A stretch of DNA of 64,000 bases from an uncultured Alphaproteobacteria bacterium (GTDB lineage Bacteria; Pseudomonadota; Alphaproteobacteria; ATCC43930; CGMCC-115725). The stretch is from assembly GCA_963762435.1 (NCBI GenBank), contig CAVXLN010000011.1, positions 50 to 64,049 of the forward strand, given 5' to 3'. The position numbers were made by a program, and so were the translations under genes. The notes beneath the pieces are model-generated. The model saw only the letters and a program-made list of their open reading frames with translations. It was not told the origin of the DNA and ran no database searches. Shown here piece by piece: positions 1 through 9,229 of this stretch (positions are counted from its first letter, which is position 1; the number at the start of each line of letters is the position of its first letter).

Positions 1-1141
1 ACCTGACGGAAGAGTCCCTTGGGGGGATTCCCATGGGCTCGCGGACGTGCGAGTCTGAGGGATGCGTACGGGAATCACTGTCGATGTGAGTTCAGCCGAT
101 CGTGTTCGGCTCGAAGCGATCGTATCGGACCGGAACAGCCCTCAGAAGCATGCTTGGCGCGCTCGGATCGTGCTGCTTACATCTGATGGGCTTGGCACCA
201 ATGAGATCATGCGCCGGACCGGGAAGACGAAGACCGTCGTCTGGCGCTGGCAAGAGCGCTTCATGCGCGACGGTGTGGCTGGCCTTCTGCGCGACAAGAC
301 GCGGCCGTCGCGTATTGCCCCGCTCGAGCCCGAGGTCGCCGTGCGGGTTGTCGAACTGACGCAGGGCGACCCGCCCGGCGAGACGACGCATTGGACTGCG
401 GCGGCCATGGCTGCGGCGGTCAAGATCAGCGTCTCCTCGGTACAGCGTATCTGGCGAAGCCATGGGCTCCAACCGCACCGGGTACGGCAATTCAAGCTGT
501 CGCGCGATCCGGAATTCGTGCCGAAACTCAGGGATATCGTCGGGCTCTATGTCGATCCGCCCGCCCACGCGATCGTGCTGAGTGTCGATGAAAAGAGCCA
601 GATTCAAGCCCTTGACCGAACCCAGCCGGGCCTGCCGCTGAAGCCCGGTCGGTGCGGAACCATGAGCCACGACTACAAGCGCAATGGCACGACCACGCTC
701 TTTGCCGCCCTCAACGTGCTCGAAGGCAAAGTCATCGGCCGATGCATGCAACGTCACCGGCACCAGGAGTTCATCCGCTTCCTCAACGCCATCGAGGCGG
801 AGATCCCGGCCGGCAAGATCATCCACGTCATCCTCGATAACTATGGCAGCCACAAGCATCCCAAGGTTCGTGCCTGGCTCGAAAGGCATCCGCGCTTCGT
901 CTTCCACTACACGCCGACCTCGGCATCCTGGCTCAACGCCGTCGAGGGTTTCTTCGCGAAGCTCACCAAGAGGCGCCTCAAGCGCGGTGTGTTCCGCTCG
1001 CTCGTCGAACTCCAGGCCGCCATCAACCGCTTCCTCGCCGAGACCAACGAAAACCCGAGGCCCTTCGTGTGGACGGCGAGCCCGGATACCATCATCGCCG
1101 CCGTCAAACGAGGGCACCAAGCGTTAGATTCGATCCACTAG
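1..1141 (+). mobile_element. IS630-family insertion sequence (ends unresolved, may start left of window)
   Basis: Single IS630-type transposase ORF at the window edge, directly abutting an AT-rich foreign gene. I could not locate terminal inverted repeats or a TA duplication by eye. Confidence 0.6.
62..1141 (+). CDS. IS630 family transposase
   Basis: 359-aa ORF. N-terminal HTH (GLGTNEIMRRTGKTKTVVWRWQERF), then DEKSQIQALDR and HVILDNYGSHKH...WLNAVEGFF motifs typical of IS630 DDE transposases. GAGGG lies just upstream of the ATG. Confidence 0.9.
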   Translation: MRTGITVDVSSADRVRLEAIVSDRNSPQKHAWRARIVLLTSDGLGTNEIMRRTGKTKTVVWRWQERFMRDGVAGLLRDKTRPSRIAPLEPEVAVRVVELTQGDPPGETTHWTAAAMAAAVKISVSSVQRIWRSHGLQPHRVRQFKLSRDPEFVPKLRDIVGLYVDPPAHAIVLSVDEKSQIQALDRTQPGLPLKPGRCGTMSHDYKRNGTTTLFAALNVLEGKVIGRCMQRHRHQEFIRFLNAIEAEIPAGKIIHVILDNYGSHKHPKVRAWLERHPRFVFHYTPTSASWLNAVEGFFAKLTKRRLKRGVFRSLVELQAAINRFLAETNENPRPFVWTASPDTIIAAVKRGHQALDSIH

Positions 1142-1227
1142 AAGCGGCCGGCGGGCGTCGCCTCCTGGATCTTGCTTTCAAATTGAATATTCGGAGCGCA
1201 ACCGGCGGCGGCGGGTCCGACGAGAAA

Positions 1228-1263
1228 CGATCAATTCGGCCCGCGCTTAGGTCGAATTGATCG
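1228..1263. repeat. hairpin with 11-bp stem (CGATCAATTCG / CGAATTGATCG) between the transposase and the AT-rich gene
   Basis: Perfect inverted repeat read directly from the sequence. It could be an IS end structure or a terminator. Confidence 0.4.
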
Positions 1264-1368
1264 GCGCTCGCTATAATCGAGCACGATGAAACCGCCAGAT
1301 TTGCTCGCTTGCGTCGCCAGTATTTCCGTCGGTCCGACATTGAACGTTCCCGCTTCTTTACACCGAAC

Positions 1369-2916
1369 TCAGATACCGTAGATGTCTGGAACAATTGCTC
1401 TACGTAATTGTCTTCCTTTGTAAGCCCCGTATAAATATTTAACACCTTTGAGCATCGGGCGGAAAATTGGCGCTGCGGTGTTCGATGATGGAATATAGCT
1501 GAGAGGTGCGGCGGCGCTTACAGCGACTATGGCTAACGGCGTGCCTAGCAGGCCCTCCAGAGTGTTATGGTATTTCATAACGAGGCCGCCATATGCAGCG
1601 ACGGAACCAATTCTGGAAGCACGTTTTAGATTGATTGATACGAAGCCACCATCATCTTCAAAGTGGAAATCGCTAAATTTCGACGCGAGAAGATTTAAGA
1701 TGGCGTCAGCGTATTTGCGTTGGAGTTCGCGATCGGATTCTCCTCGTATCTGCCTCAATAAGGATCGCCACTTGGTGTCGGTGATAGTCGAAAATAAAAC
1801 GTCCCAGCTCGCCTCACCAAATCCTTCTTGGGTCACACGAAGGGAATCATCAATTCGCAGGTCAGCTACATACGTTGCAAGTGAAGTCGGATCGAAATCT
1901 CCGATATCCCGGATTTGCCAATCGGACGAAAGAATGCATGTTTCGGCACCATACATTCTGTGCCTTACTTGGTGCCATTCGGCTTCGGTCCAGAAGTCGA
2001 CGATGGGATAGTAGTGCCCATAATGGGTTGGGCCGTCTTTGTGGATTGGATTCATCGTGGTTATATTGTCGCCAAATCGGCGCACAAACTCTGAATTCAA
2101 TCCATCCAGCTCTTCCTTCGAAAATTGCTTACTTAAGCCTTCAAGCCTTTTTGTTCTCTCAAGAACCGACATCATCGGGCGAAAATCTTCCAAAGCGGCC
2201 GGTCGTTTTGTTGCCTCCCGGTTTTCCAAAGCCTTATATTTGGTCAGGTAATCGACTAAGCCCTTAAGCCATTTTCCCGTGCTGTTGGTTAGGATTGCGG
2301 GGGTAGTAGCAAACTCGGGTGAATAATCGAGGCGCTCTTGGGCAGTTTCTTCGTCGATAAGCGACCTCTGATTTCTAATATTTTCGAAGTCGATTGCGTG
2401 TTCGATGCGATGTGCCTCGTATAACGGTGCCAGAATGTCGGCTAAACCACCGTATTCTTCGGCTTCAAGCGCGGCACTCGCATTGTCTTTCATTTCCTTC
2501 ATCTTCGCCGGATCGTCGAAGCCTGCCTCGAACTCGCGGAAGAAGATGAACGATAGTTTAGGGTCTCGCCATCGAGCGGTGATAAATTGGACTATAGAGG
2601 GTTTGCTTGAATCATTACATGGAAAATCTGAAAGGCGATCAGTATTAAGCCAGAGTGGGCGCCATCCATAGTCTTGGCAAAAACTCTCGAACTTGGGATG
2701 TGAGCATAACTCTCCGAAGACCTGCACCGCAATTGGCGAGTCAAAGAAAGCGCCGGCCGAAAAGCACACCTGGCCTCCGAACAGAAGGCTGTAAAAAACG
2801 TCAGATCGCGCCTGAGCGGTAGTGTATGTATATTGTATGGCTTTGCTAGAGTCCGCTTTTCTGCTGTAAAGATTTTGAATTATTACCTTATGGTGGGGTA
2901 TAGGGCCATATGACAT
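1369..2916 (-). CDS. hypothetical protein, AT-rich orphan (likely horizontally acquired)
   Basis: 515-aa uninterrupted ORF with ATG at 2914-2916. Third codon positions are mostly A/T, unlike all neighbours. Sampled 60-nt lines are about 37-45% GC by hand count. No catalytic or domain motif recognised. A hydrophobic stretch LLGTPLAIVAVSAAAPL lies near the C-terminus. Confidence 0.75.
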   Translation of the reverse strand: MSYGPIPHHKVIIQNLYSRKADSSKAIQYTYTTAQARSDVFYSLLFGGQVCFSAGAFFDSPIAVQVFGELCSHPKFESFCQDYGWRPLWLNTDRLSDFPCNDSSKPSIVQFITARWRDPKLSFIFFREFEAGFDDPAKMKEMKDNASAALEAEEYGGLADILAPLYEAHRIEHAIDFENIRNQRSLIDEETAQERLDYSPEFATTPAILTNSTGKWLKGLVDYLTKYKALENREATKRPAALEDFRPMMSVLERTKRLEGLSKQFSKEELDGLNSEFVRRFGDNITTMNPIHKDGPTHYGHYYPIVDFWTEAEWHQVRHRMYGAETCILSSDWQIRDIGDFDPTSLATYVADLRIDDSLRVTQEGFGEASWDVLFSTITDTKWRSLLRQIRGESDRELQRKYADAILNLLASKFSDFHFEDDGGFVSINLKRASRIGSVAAYGGLVMKYHNTLEGLLGTPLAIVAVSAAAPLSYIPSSNTAAPIFRPMLKGVKYLYGAYKGRQLRRAIVPDIYGI

Positions 2917-3184
2917 CTTTTGTTGACACCGTTTCTCTCAGTCTTTTTCGGGATAAATATTGTTATGACGGGATGTTGCTCGCTGCGAGCTGCGGCATAA
3001 GATGGTAATCGATTTTGATTCTACCCGCACGCGATAATTATCTCCGTGCTGGTCGCGGAAGCTGCTGCAATCAGTGGCGTTGAACCCGGGGTCTTGCGAT
3101 CAGGCGATCGATCCGCCTGGCCGGTCGAAGAACCCGCTGTCAATCGTCGAAGAGGCTGATACCCGTCATCGGCTCATCCTGCCG

Positions 3185-3955
3185 TCACTTGTCCGGCCGG
3201 ATATTCAAACTATCCACCAGCATCTTTTGCTTATCCGTCTTATGCGGGCTCGCCTCGATTTCCACGATCGTCTCGGGCACGAGCTTGTCTGGATCGAGGC
3301 CGTGGGCCAGCAGCTCTGCCTTGTTCGCCCGAATGAAGGCGCAGTCTTCCTCATCGACGACGCGGACCACGACGAGCGTGTACTGGGATTGGAAGTCGAC
3401 GCGGGTGATCGGTCCGCCGATCGAGACGGTCCGGTCGGTGTCAAAGGCGGATTCCGGCTCGTAGGTCTCGTCCTTGCAAGCGGCGATCACCGGCGGCTCC
3501 GAATTGAAGGACAGATCGTCGAGCTTCCAGCTATCCGCCTCCTTCACGAAGGTCAGAACCACGACATTGCTGACCGTGCTGCCGGGCGGCGGGCCGCCTG
3601 GAATTTTCTCGCCTTTCGGAATCTTCTTCGTTTGCAGTGTGGTGATGGTCGCCTTGTTGCCGGCGGCATCGAGTGCGGCTCGTGTGACCTCGACCGTGTC
3701 CGGCACCATCATCTTGGCGTCCTCGGTGAAGCGTTTGCGCTCCGCCGGCGTTTTCGGCATCGTTTCCTCGGCCAGAGCGCGCATCCGCGTCGAGCGCTGC
3801 TTGAACGCATCCGGCCAGTTTCCAGCCGCGAGCCCGTGGTTGTACTTGTCGAGTATCCCCAGCAATTGCTGCTGCAGGGCCGCATCCAACGGCTCGGCCA
3901 CGGCACCGGGCGACAGGATCAGCAGCAACGCCAGAGTGATGAGCCATCGACGCAC
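3185..3955 (-). CDS. secreted hypothetical protein
   Basis: GTG at 3953-3955 is preceded by GGAGG. The N-terminus VRRWLITLALLLILSPGAVAEP is a signal peptide. The 116-aa upstream extension in the ORF track looks non-coding. Confidence 0.7.
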   Translation of the reverse strand: MRRWLITLALLLILSPGAVAEPLDAALQQQLLGILDKYNHGLAAGNWPDAFKQRSTRMRALAEETMPKTPAERKRFTEDAKMMVPDTVEVTRAALDAAGNKATITTLQTKKIPKGEKIPGGPPPGSTVSNVVVLTFVKEADSWKLDDLSFNSEPPVIAACKDETYEPESAFDTDRTVSIGGPITRVDFQSQYTLVVVRVVDEEDCAFIRANKAELLAHGLDPDKLVPETIVEIEASPHKTDKQKMLVDSLNIRPDK

Positions 3956-4293
3956 GGGGGCCTCCGCGAGCGAGTACCGCCGCGATGCTACGCCCCGCCC
4001 GACCGTGCTGCCAGCAGAACCTGTGCGCGTATTTTTCCTGGTGACATCTACTTTCAATCGATTGGTCGATGGTCCAATCGCCCGGATGCGCACGTTCGGC
4101 GAGCGGTGCAGGGGCGCCTCACAGTCCTCCGCTGCGTTTCGTCGTCTGTTTCCTGGCGTTCGTCGATGAAGCCGTCGTTGGACGAAGCGCTCGCCGCTTC
4201 GATCGAACGCCGAAGGACGAGGACGGCGGGGATCGCTAGCCTTCCACTCAGAGGTAAATGACGCCTCGCAACACTTGACCTGGGAGGCCAGCA

Positions 4294-4689
4294 ATGTCCC
4301 CACGCGTCCGAATAGTTGCCCTTTCAGCCGCTCTATTGATGTCCGGCTTCAGCCTCGCCGATGCCGACGAAGTATCCACGGAGACTGTCATCGGTCCGGC
4401 GTCGCCACTGCTCGAACGTCACGCCGAGTTGGTTAGGATCGGCGATCTCGACCTCCAGAGCGAAGGCGGCCAGGCGATGTTGATGCAGCGGCTGCATATT
4501 GCCGCCAAGGATGTCTGCAACCCCTTCGCGGATCGCCGCGCGCTCCTGGAAATACAGGGCTTCCACGTCTGCTACGATACGGCGATGGCGAACGCCACGG
4601 CCAAGGCGCGGACGGTCCTCATCGCCGCGGCGCACCCGGCCCATGAGTCCGTCGCCTCGATCGTCGTGGCCAGGCCTGTAGGCCAATAG
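4294..4689 (+). CDS. UrcA family protein
   Basis: 131 aa with GGGAGG before the ATG and a signal peptide. Contains the family signature VRIGDLDLQSEGGQAMLMQRLHIAAKDVC. Confidence 0.75.
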   Translation: MSPRVRIVALSAALLMSGFSLADADEVSTETVIGPASPLLERHAELVRIGDLDLQSEGGQAMLMQRLHIAAKDVCNPFADRRALLEIQGFHVCYDTAMANATAKARTVLIAAAHPAHESVASIVVARPVGQ

Positions 4690-4747
4690 GCGGCACCATG
4701 CGCGGATGCCGACCCCCCGCCTTCACCCCGAACAAACGGAGAGTGTC

Positions 4748-4867
4748 ATGCCTGCTCATCTGACTTTGAGATTATCTGCCTATTTCGTGAAATTCGTCGC
4801 GGCCACGGCGGCAATGCTGATCACGGTGGCTACGGTCGCAATGTTCACCGGCGGCACCAGCCTATGA
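4748..4867 (+). CDS. possible 39-aa single-TM peptide
   Basis: Below the ORF-track cutoff. GGAG lies upstream of the ATG. Product is MPAHLTLRLSAYFVKFVAATAAMLITVATVAMFTGGTSL with one hydrophobic helix. Weak support. Confidence 0.25.
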   Translation: MPAHLTLRLSAYFVKFVAATAAMLITVATVAMFTGGTSL

Positions 4868-4894
4868 TACCGGGGGCCGCCAGCCGGCGGCCTT

Positions 4895-5650
4895 CTATCG
4901 CTCGACCATGGCGCGGGCATTCTGCAAATAGGTCCGGCCGACGCGCAACTCACGCCCGTCGCTCAGCTCTACCAGCCATCCGCCCTCGCCATCCCGCCTG
5001 AAGCCCGCGATCCGGTCGCGGCGCACAATGGTCGAGCGGTGCAGCCGCACGAACTCGGCGGGGTCGAGCCGGCGCTCGAGCTCGCCGATGGTCTGATGCA
5101 GCAGGTATGAGCGCTGGCCGATATGAAGGCGCATATAGTCGCGCTCGGCCTCGATCAGCTCGATGTCGGCGGCCAGCACGCGGATGATCTCGGCGCGATG
5201 CGGTACCCAGAATTCCCGTGCCCAGGGCGAGGGCGGGAGGCGAGGCAGCGCCGCATCCGCATCGATCCGATGCTCGATCTGAGTGCGCACGCGTGCCACG
5301 GCGCGTTCGAGCCGACCGAGCTCGATCGGCTTCAGCAAATAATCAACCGCCGCCACGTCAAAGGCATCGATGGCGAAATGGTCGAATGCGGTGACGAAGA
5401 TGACGGCGCTGCTGGCACCGGCGCGGTCCAGCGCACGGGCAACGTCAAGCCCGTCCAGCCCGGGCATGGCGATATCCAGCAACAGCAGGTCCGGGCAGAG
5501 CGCTTCGGCGAGACGGAGTGCCGCGGGGCCGTCCATGGCCGTGCCGATCAGATGCAGCTCCGGCAGCTGAGCACAAAGGATCTGCAGCCGCTCGATGGCA
5601 AGCGGCTCGTCATCGGCGATCAGCGTCCGGAGCATGCGCCCCTCGGTCAT
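4895..5650 (-). CDS. LytTR/AlgR-family response regulator
   Basis: Receiver domain (IADDEPLA...LLLLDIAMPGLDG) plus a C-terminal LytTR domain (YMRLHIGQRSYLLHQTIGELERRL). The ATG at 5650 overlaps the kinase stop (ATGA). Confidence 0.9.
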   Translation of the reverse strand: MTEGRMLRTLIADDEPLAIERLQILCAQLPELHLIGTAMDGPAALRLAEALCPDLLLLDIAMPGLDGLDVARALDRAGASSAVIFVTAFDHFAIDAFDVAAVDYLLKPIELGRLERAVARVRTQIEHRIDADAALPRLPPSPWAREFWVPHRAEIIRVLAADIELIEAERDYMRLHIGQRSYLLHQTIGELERRLDPAEFVRLHRSTIVRRDRIAGFRRDGEGGWLVELSDGRELRVGRTYLQNARAMVER

Positions 5651-6753
5651 GTCTGCCTCAGCGGCAGCACGAGCTCGACGCGGAAGCCGCCACCGGACCG
5701 TGCGCCGTAGCGGCACTCGGCGGCGCCGGCGAAGCGGGCGGCGAGACGCTCGCAGACATTGCGCAGGCCGACGCCGTGGCCGCTGGCCTGAACGGCCGCG
5801 GTGGGTTCGTCGCCGGCGCCGCCGTCATCCTCGACGGTAAGATGCAGGCGGTCGGCCTCGCCATGGGCGCGGATCGCGACGGTGACCGGATGGCTGCTCC
5901 GGCTGACGCCGTACTTGATCGCGTTCTCGACCAGCGGCTGCAGGATCAGGCCCGGCACCGAGGCGCCCTCCGCCTCCGGCGCGATCTCGAAGCGGGCGAG
6001 CAGCCGGTCCGGAAAGCGCACCTTCTCGATCGCGAGATAGAGCTGCTGCATGCGGATCTCCTCCGAGAGCGGCACATCCTCGGTCGGATCGCCGGTCAGG
6101 CTCGCGCGGAAGAAGGCGGCGAGGTTGGCGATCATCCGCTCGGCTTCGTCCGTGCGCCCGCGCAGCACGAGGGTCGAGAGCGAGTTCAGCGTATTGAACA
6201 GGAAATGCGGATTGATCTGGTAGCGCAGCGCCCTGAGCTGCGCCGCCTGCGCCTCGGTGCGATAGCGCGCGGCGCGGCGCTCGGCTTGGCGGACGCGGGC
6301 AGCGTACATCAGCGCCACATGCAGCACGGCCCAAGCGGCGATGAAGAAGTACCAGCTGACGGCCGAATCCGCGATGGCCCATGGCCCGGAATGTTCCACG
6401 GGATTATTGGCGATCTCCTGAAGCGCCTTGTCGGAGGGCCGCACGACGTAGAAGGCGGCGTAATTGACGGCGGCATAGGCGATCGAGACTGGTACCGAAG
6501 CCAGGAAGGCAACCGTGACCAGGACCGGCATCGATCTGTGCTCGAAGCGACGCATCACCAGGGAGAGGATGAAGGTGAAGCCCATGCCGAACAGACAGAC
6601 CGCCGCGCGCCGGCCCATCGCGCCGAGCTGGTCCGGTGCCCCATCGATCACCCAGCGCAGCGTGTTCAGCAGGAAATAGAAGGCCCAGAAACCGGCGATC
6701 GACAGGAGCGAAGATCGGCGGTCGAGCTGAGCATCGGATGGGCCGTTCGTCAT
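5647..6753 (-). CDS. LytS/AlgZ-type sensor histidine kinase
   Basis: Start trimmed to MTNGPSD (ATG 6751-6753). Multiple N-terminal TM segments, a PF06580-type H-box YQINPHFLFNTLN, and an ATPase motif LQPLVENAIKYG. Confidence 0.85.
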   Translation of the reverse strand: MTNGPSDAQLDRRSSLLSIAGFWAFYFLLNTLRWVIDGAPDQLGAMGRRAAVCLFGMGFTFILSLVMRRFEHRSMPVLVTVAFLASVPVSIAYAAVNYAAFYVVRPSDKALQEIANNPVEHSGPWAIADSAVSWYFFIAAWAVLHVALMYAARVRQAERRAARYRTEAQAAQLRALRYQINPHFLFNTLNSLSTLVLRGRTDEAERMIANLAAFFRASLTGDPTEDVPLSEEIRMQQLYLAIEKVRFPDRLLARFEIAPEAEGASVPGLILQPLVENAIKYGVSRSSHPVTVAIRAHGEADRLHLTVEDDGGAGDEPTAAVQASGHGVGLRNVCERLAARFAGAAECRYGARSGGGFRVELVLPLRQT

Positions 6754-6795
6754 GCCCCTCTTATAGCGCACTGAGGCACTTCCGGGCAGCGTGCC

Positions 6796-6826
6796 GGTCG
6801 AAACCGGCCGCTTGTTGGTCGAAACC
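6796..6826. promoter_or_regulatory. direct repeat GGTCGAAACC x2 with 21-nt period, candidate LytTR binding site
   Basis: Two perfect 10-mers at 6796-6805 and 6817-6826, 43-73 nt upstream of the kinase start in the divergent intergenic region. Confidence 0.35.
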
Positions 6827-6908
6827 TGCCGGGTGGGTCGTGACCGTGCCCCGGCGCGGCTATCGGTTTGCCGGCCCAGTACGATCGGCTCGGTCTGAAG
6901 CGCCGAGA

Positions 6909-9071
6909 ATGGCGGCCTTTCCGCGGCCGCCGATCCGATTGTTCGGACGGGAGGCGGATCTGGCGACCATCCTGTCGTTGCTCGATCACGCGCGGCTGCT
7001 GACGCTCGCTGGTCCCGGCGGCATCGGCAAGACCAGTCTTTGCCTGGAAGTGGCACGCGCAGCGGGCCCCCGTTATCGAGACGGGATCGTCTTCGTCGAT
7101 CTCTCGGTGCTGCAGGATCCGTCGCTCGTGGCGAGCCAGGTGGCGACGGCCCTTGGGATCGAGCTCGGAGGCGACACCGCACCGGCGGAATTGATCGCAC
7201 GCTGGCTGAAGCCTCGGCAGCTTCTGATCCTGCTCGATAATTGCGAGCATGTCGTCGAGGCGGTGGCGCCGCTCGCCGAATCTATCTTGGCGGCCGCCCC
7301 TTCCGTGAGCTTGCTGGCAACGAGCCGGGAGCCGCTTTCCTGCGTCGGCGAGCAGGTCTATCGCCTGCCGTTGCTGTCGGTCCCCTCGGATGGGGTAGCA
7401 TCGGCGGCGGAGGCGCTGGCGACCCCGGCCGTCGCCCTGCTGGTCGCCAGACTGCAGGCAGCCGATCTGCGCTTTGAACTGAGCGACGGCATGGCAGCGA
7501 CGGCGGGTGCTATCTGCCGTCGGCTCGACGGCTTGCCGCTTGCCATCGAAATGGTGGGCGCACTGGCACCCGCTCTCGGCCTGGCGGCGGTCGCGGCCCG
7601 GCTGGAGGAACTGTTCCGCTTGACCGACGGCATGATTCGGACGGCAGCCCCTCGTCACCGCTCGCTCGAGGCGGCGCTTGATTGGAGCCATGCGCTGCTG
7701 GCGCCGGTCGAGCAGGTGATGCTGCGCCGGCTTGCCATATTTCCGGGCCCCTTCTCGCTTGTGGCCGTCGAAGCCGTCATCTCTGATGAAGCAGTTAGTC
7801 GCCGCCAGTGCGGCGCCGTGCTGGCCGTGCTGGTGCGCAAATCGCTCGTGTCGATCGACCCGACGGTCGTGCCCTCGCCCTATCGGCTGCTCGAGACCAT
7901 CCGCACCTATGCCAGCGAAAAGCTCGACGCTGCCGACGAGCGCCACCTGCTTCAGAAGCGTCATGCGGGTTGCCTCTCCAGCATTCTGGCGGGCAGCGTG
8001 GGGGACTGGGCGAGTATGGGCGATGACGCCTGGATCGATCGCTATGGCTGGCTCATCGCGGATTTGCGGACTGCCTTGGGCTGGTGCTTCGGCCCTGATG
8101 GCGATGTCAGACAAGGCGTCGTGATCGTCGGTCATTCGTGCGTCCTCTGGCATATGCTGAATCTGGATGGTGAAGGACGCCGCTGGGCCGAGCGAGCGGC
8201 AACGGTGCTTGACCCCGACATGCCCGACGACGACGCGGCCCGGTTATGGTTCGCGATTGGATACTTGACTGGCCCACGCTCGCCCGATCGCGCGATCCGG
8301 GCCCTGCAAAAGGCCGCCGAATTGTTCCGCCGATCGGATAAGCCGGATGAGCGGGGCAGTGTGCTCGCCATGCTTGGCCAGGGACTATGCCTATCCGGCC
8401 AGATAGCGGCCGCCGCGGAAGCGCTGACCGAGGCGCGGACGCTGCTTAATCGAAGTAAAGACAAGCGGCATCTCGGGAATTGCGCGATGGCATTTGCCAT
8501 CATTCTTGCTACCAAGGGAGCCTGGGCGACGGCACGGCAAGAACAGGAGCTGGCCCTGAGCCTGCTTGAGGCGGCTGGTGCCAGGCGGCGGGTAGTGACG
8601 GCCTTGGGCCATTTCGCCAATATCATGTGGGCCGAGGGTGCGATCGCGGCGGCAATTGAAACCAACAGGGATTTCCTGGCTCTGACACGGCGCGAAGGGT
8701 ATCGGCGCCAGATCGGCCGCGCTGGCGGCAATCTCGTGGGAATGCCCACTGAACAGGGCAATTTGGACGAAGCAATTCTTGCCGCGCGCGAGGCTGTACC
8801 GTTCTGCCGCGAAGACGAATATATCGACTGGCTGTTCACGCATTTGGCGCTGCTTGCCGCCAAGAGGGGCAGGCTGGAAGACGCGGCCCGGCTATGGGGC
8901 TATGCGGACCGCGGCCCAAACCTCGCTGGTCGGCAGGTCAATGAGCGGCGGGCGATCGAGACGCTCGCAGCGCTGCTGCTGGACGAATTGGATCCAGACC
9001 GGCTGGAGACGTTAAGGCTGGAGGGCGGCTATCTGGACGAAGATCACGCCGTCGCGCTTGCACTTGCTTGA
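6909..9071 (+). CDS. STAND P-loop NTPase with C-terminal TPR-like repeats (AfsR/wHTH-regulator family, N-terminal DNA-binding domain missing)
   Basis: Walker A GPGGIGKTS, Walker B LLILLDNCEH, and a long helical-repeat C-terminus. In-frame upstream residues VVTVPRRGYRF are the tail of an OmpR-type wHTH. An alternative GTG start is at 6840. Confidence 0.7.
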   Translation: MAAFPRPPIRLFGREADLATILSLLDHARLLTLAGPGGIGKTSLCLEVARAAGPRYRDGIVFVDLSVLQDPSLVASQVATALGIELGGDTAPAELIARWLKPRQLLILLDNCEHVVEAVAPLAESILAAAPSVSLLATSREPLSCVGEQVYRLPLLSVPSDGVASAAEALATPAVALLVARLQAADLRFELSDGMAATAGAICRRLDGLPLAIEMVGALAPALGLAAVAARLEELFRLTDGMIRTAAPRHRSLEAALDWSHALLAPVEQVMLRRLAIFPGPFSLVAVEAVISDEAVSRRQCGAVLAVLVRKSLVSIDPTVVPSPYRLLETIRTYASEKLDAADERHLLQKRHAGCLSSILAGSVGDWASMGDDAWIDRYGWLIADLRTALGWCFGPDGDVRQGVVIVGHSCVLWHMLNLDGEGRRWAERAATVLDPDMPDDDAARLWFAIGYLTGPRSPDRAIRALQKAAELFRRSDKPDERGSVLAMLGQGLCLSGQIAAAAEALTEARTLLNRSKDKRHLGNCAMAFAIILATKGAWATARQEQELALSLLEAAGARRRVVTALGHFANIMWAEGAIAAAIETNRDFLALTRREGYRRQIGRAGGNLVGMPTEQGNLDEAILAAREAVPFCREDEYIDWLFTHLALLAAKRGRLEDAARLWGYADRGPNLAGRQVNERRAIETLAALLLDELDPDRLETLRLEGGYLDEDHAVALALA

Positions 9072-9229
9072 CGAGCTGCTTGCGGGCGTCGAGGACCGCT
9101 CAGTCAACTGACTGTCGTCCGACTTGGCTCGACCCCAGCCCTCGGTACCGGCGCGGAAATCAGACCTTCCAACGATTATGGCTGAACGGAATTTCCGACC
9201 GCTGCCGATCAAGAACGGCCGTCGTTCCT

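Noticed and set aside
1-61. Attempt to define IS630 terminal inverted repeats and the TA target duplication
   Set aside because: I found no convincing match between the first 61 nt and the 1142-1300 region by eye. The left end probably lies outside the window.
3956-4303. 116-aa N-terminal extension of the 3185-4303 track ORF. Comparable upstream extensions affect many other ORFs (6754-7200, 13177-13311, 38889-39149, 46705-46929, 56946-57245, 60014-60223, 61651-61779).
   Set aside because: An internal start with an SD, a signal peptide, or an ATGA/GTGA coupling to the neighbouring gene gives a product that begins where family homology begins. The extensions are Arg-rich and overlap neighbours.
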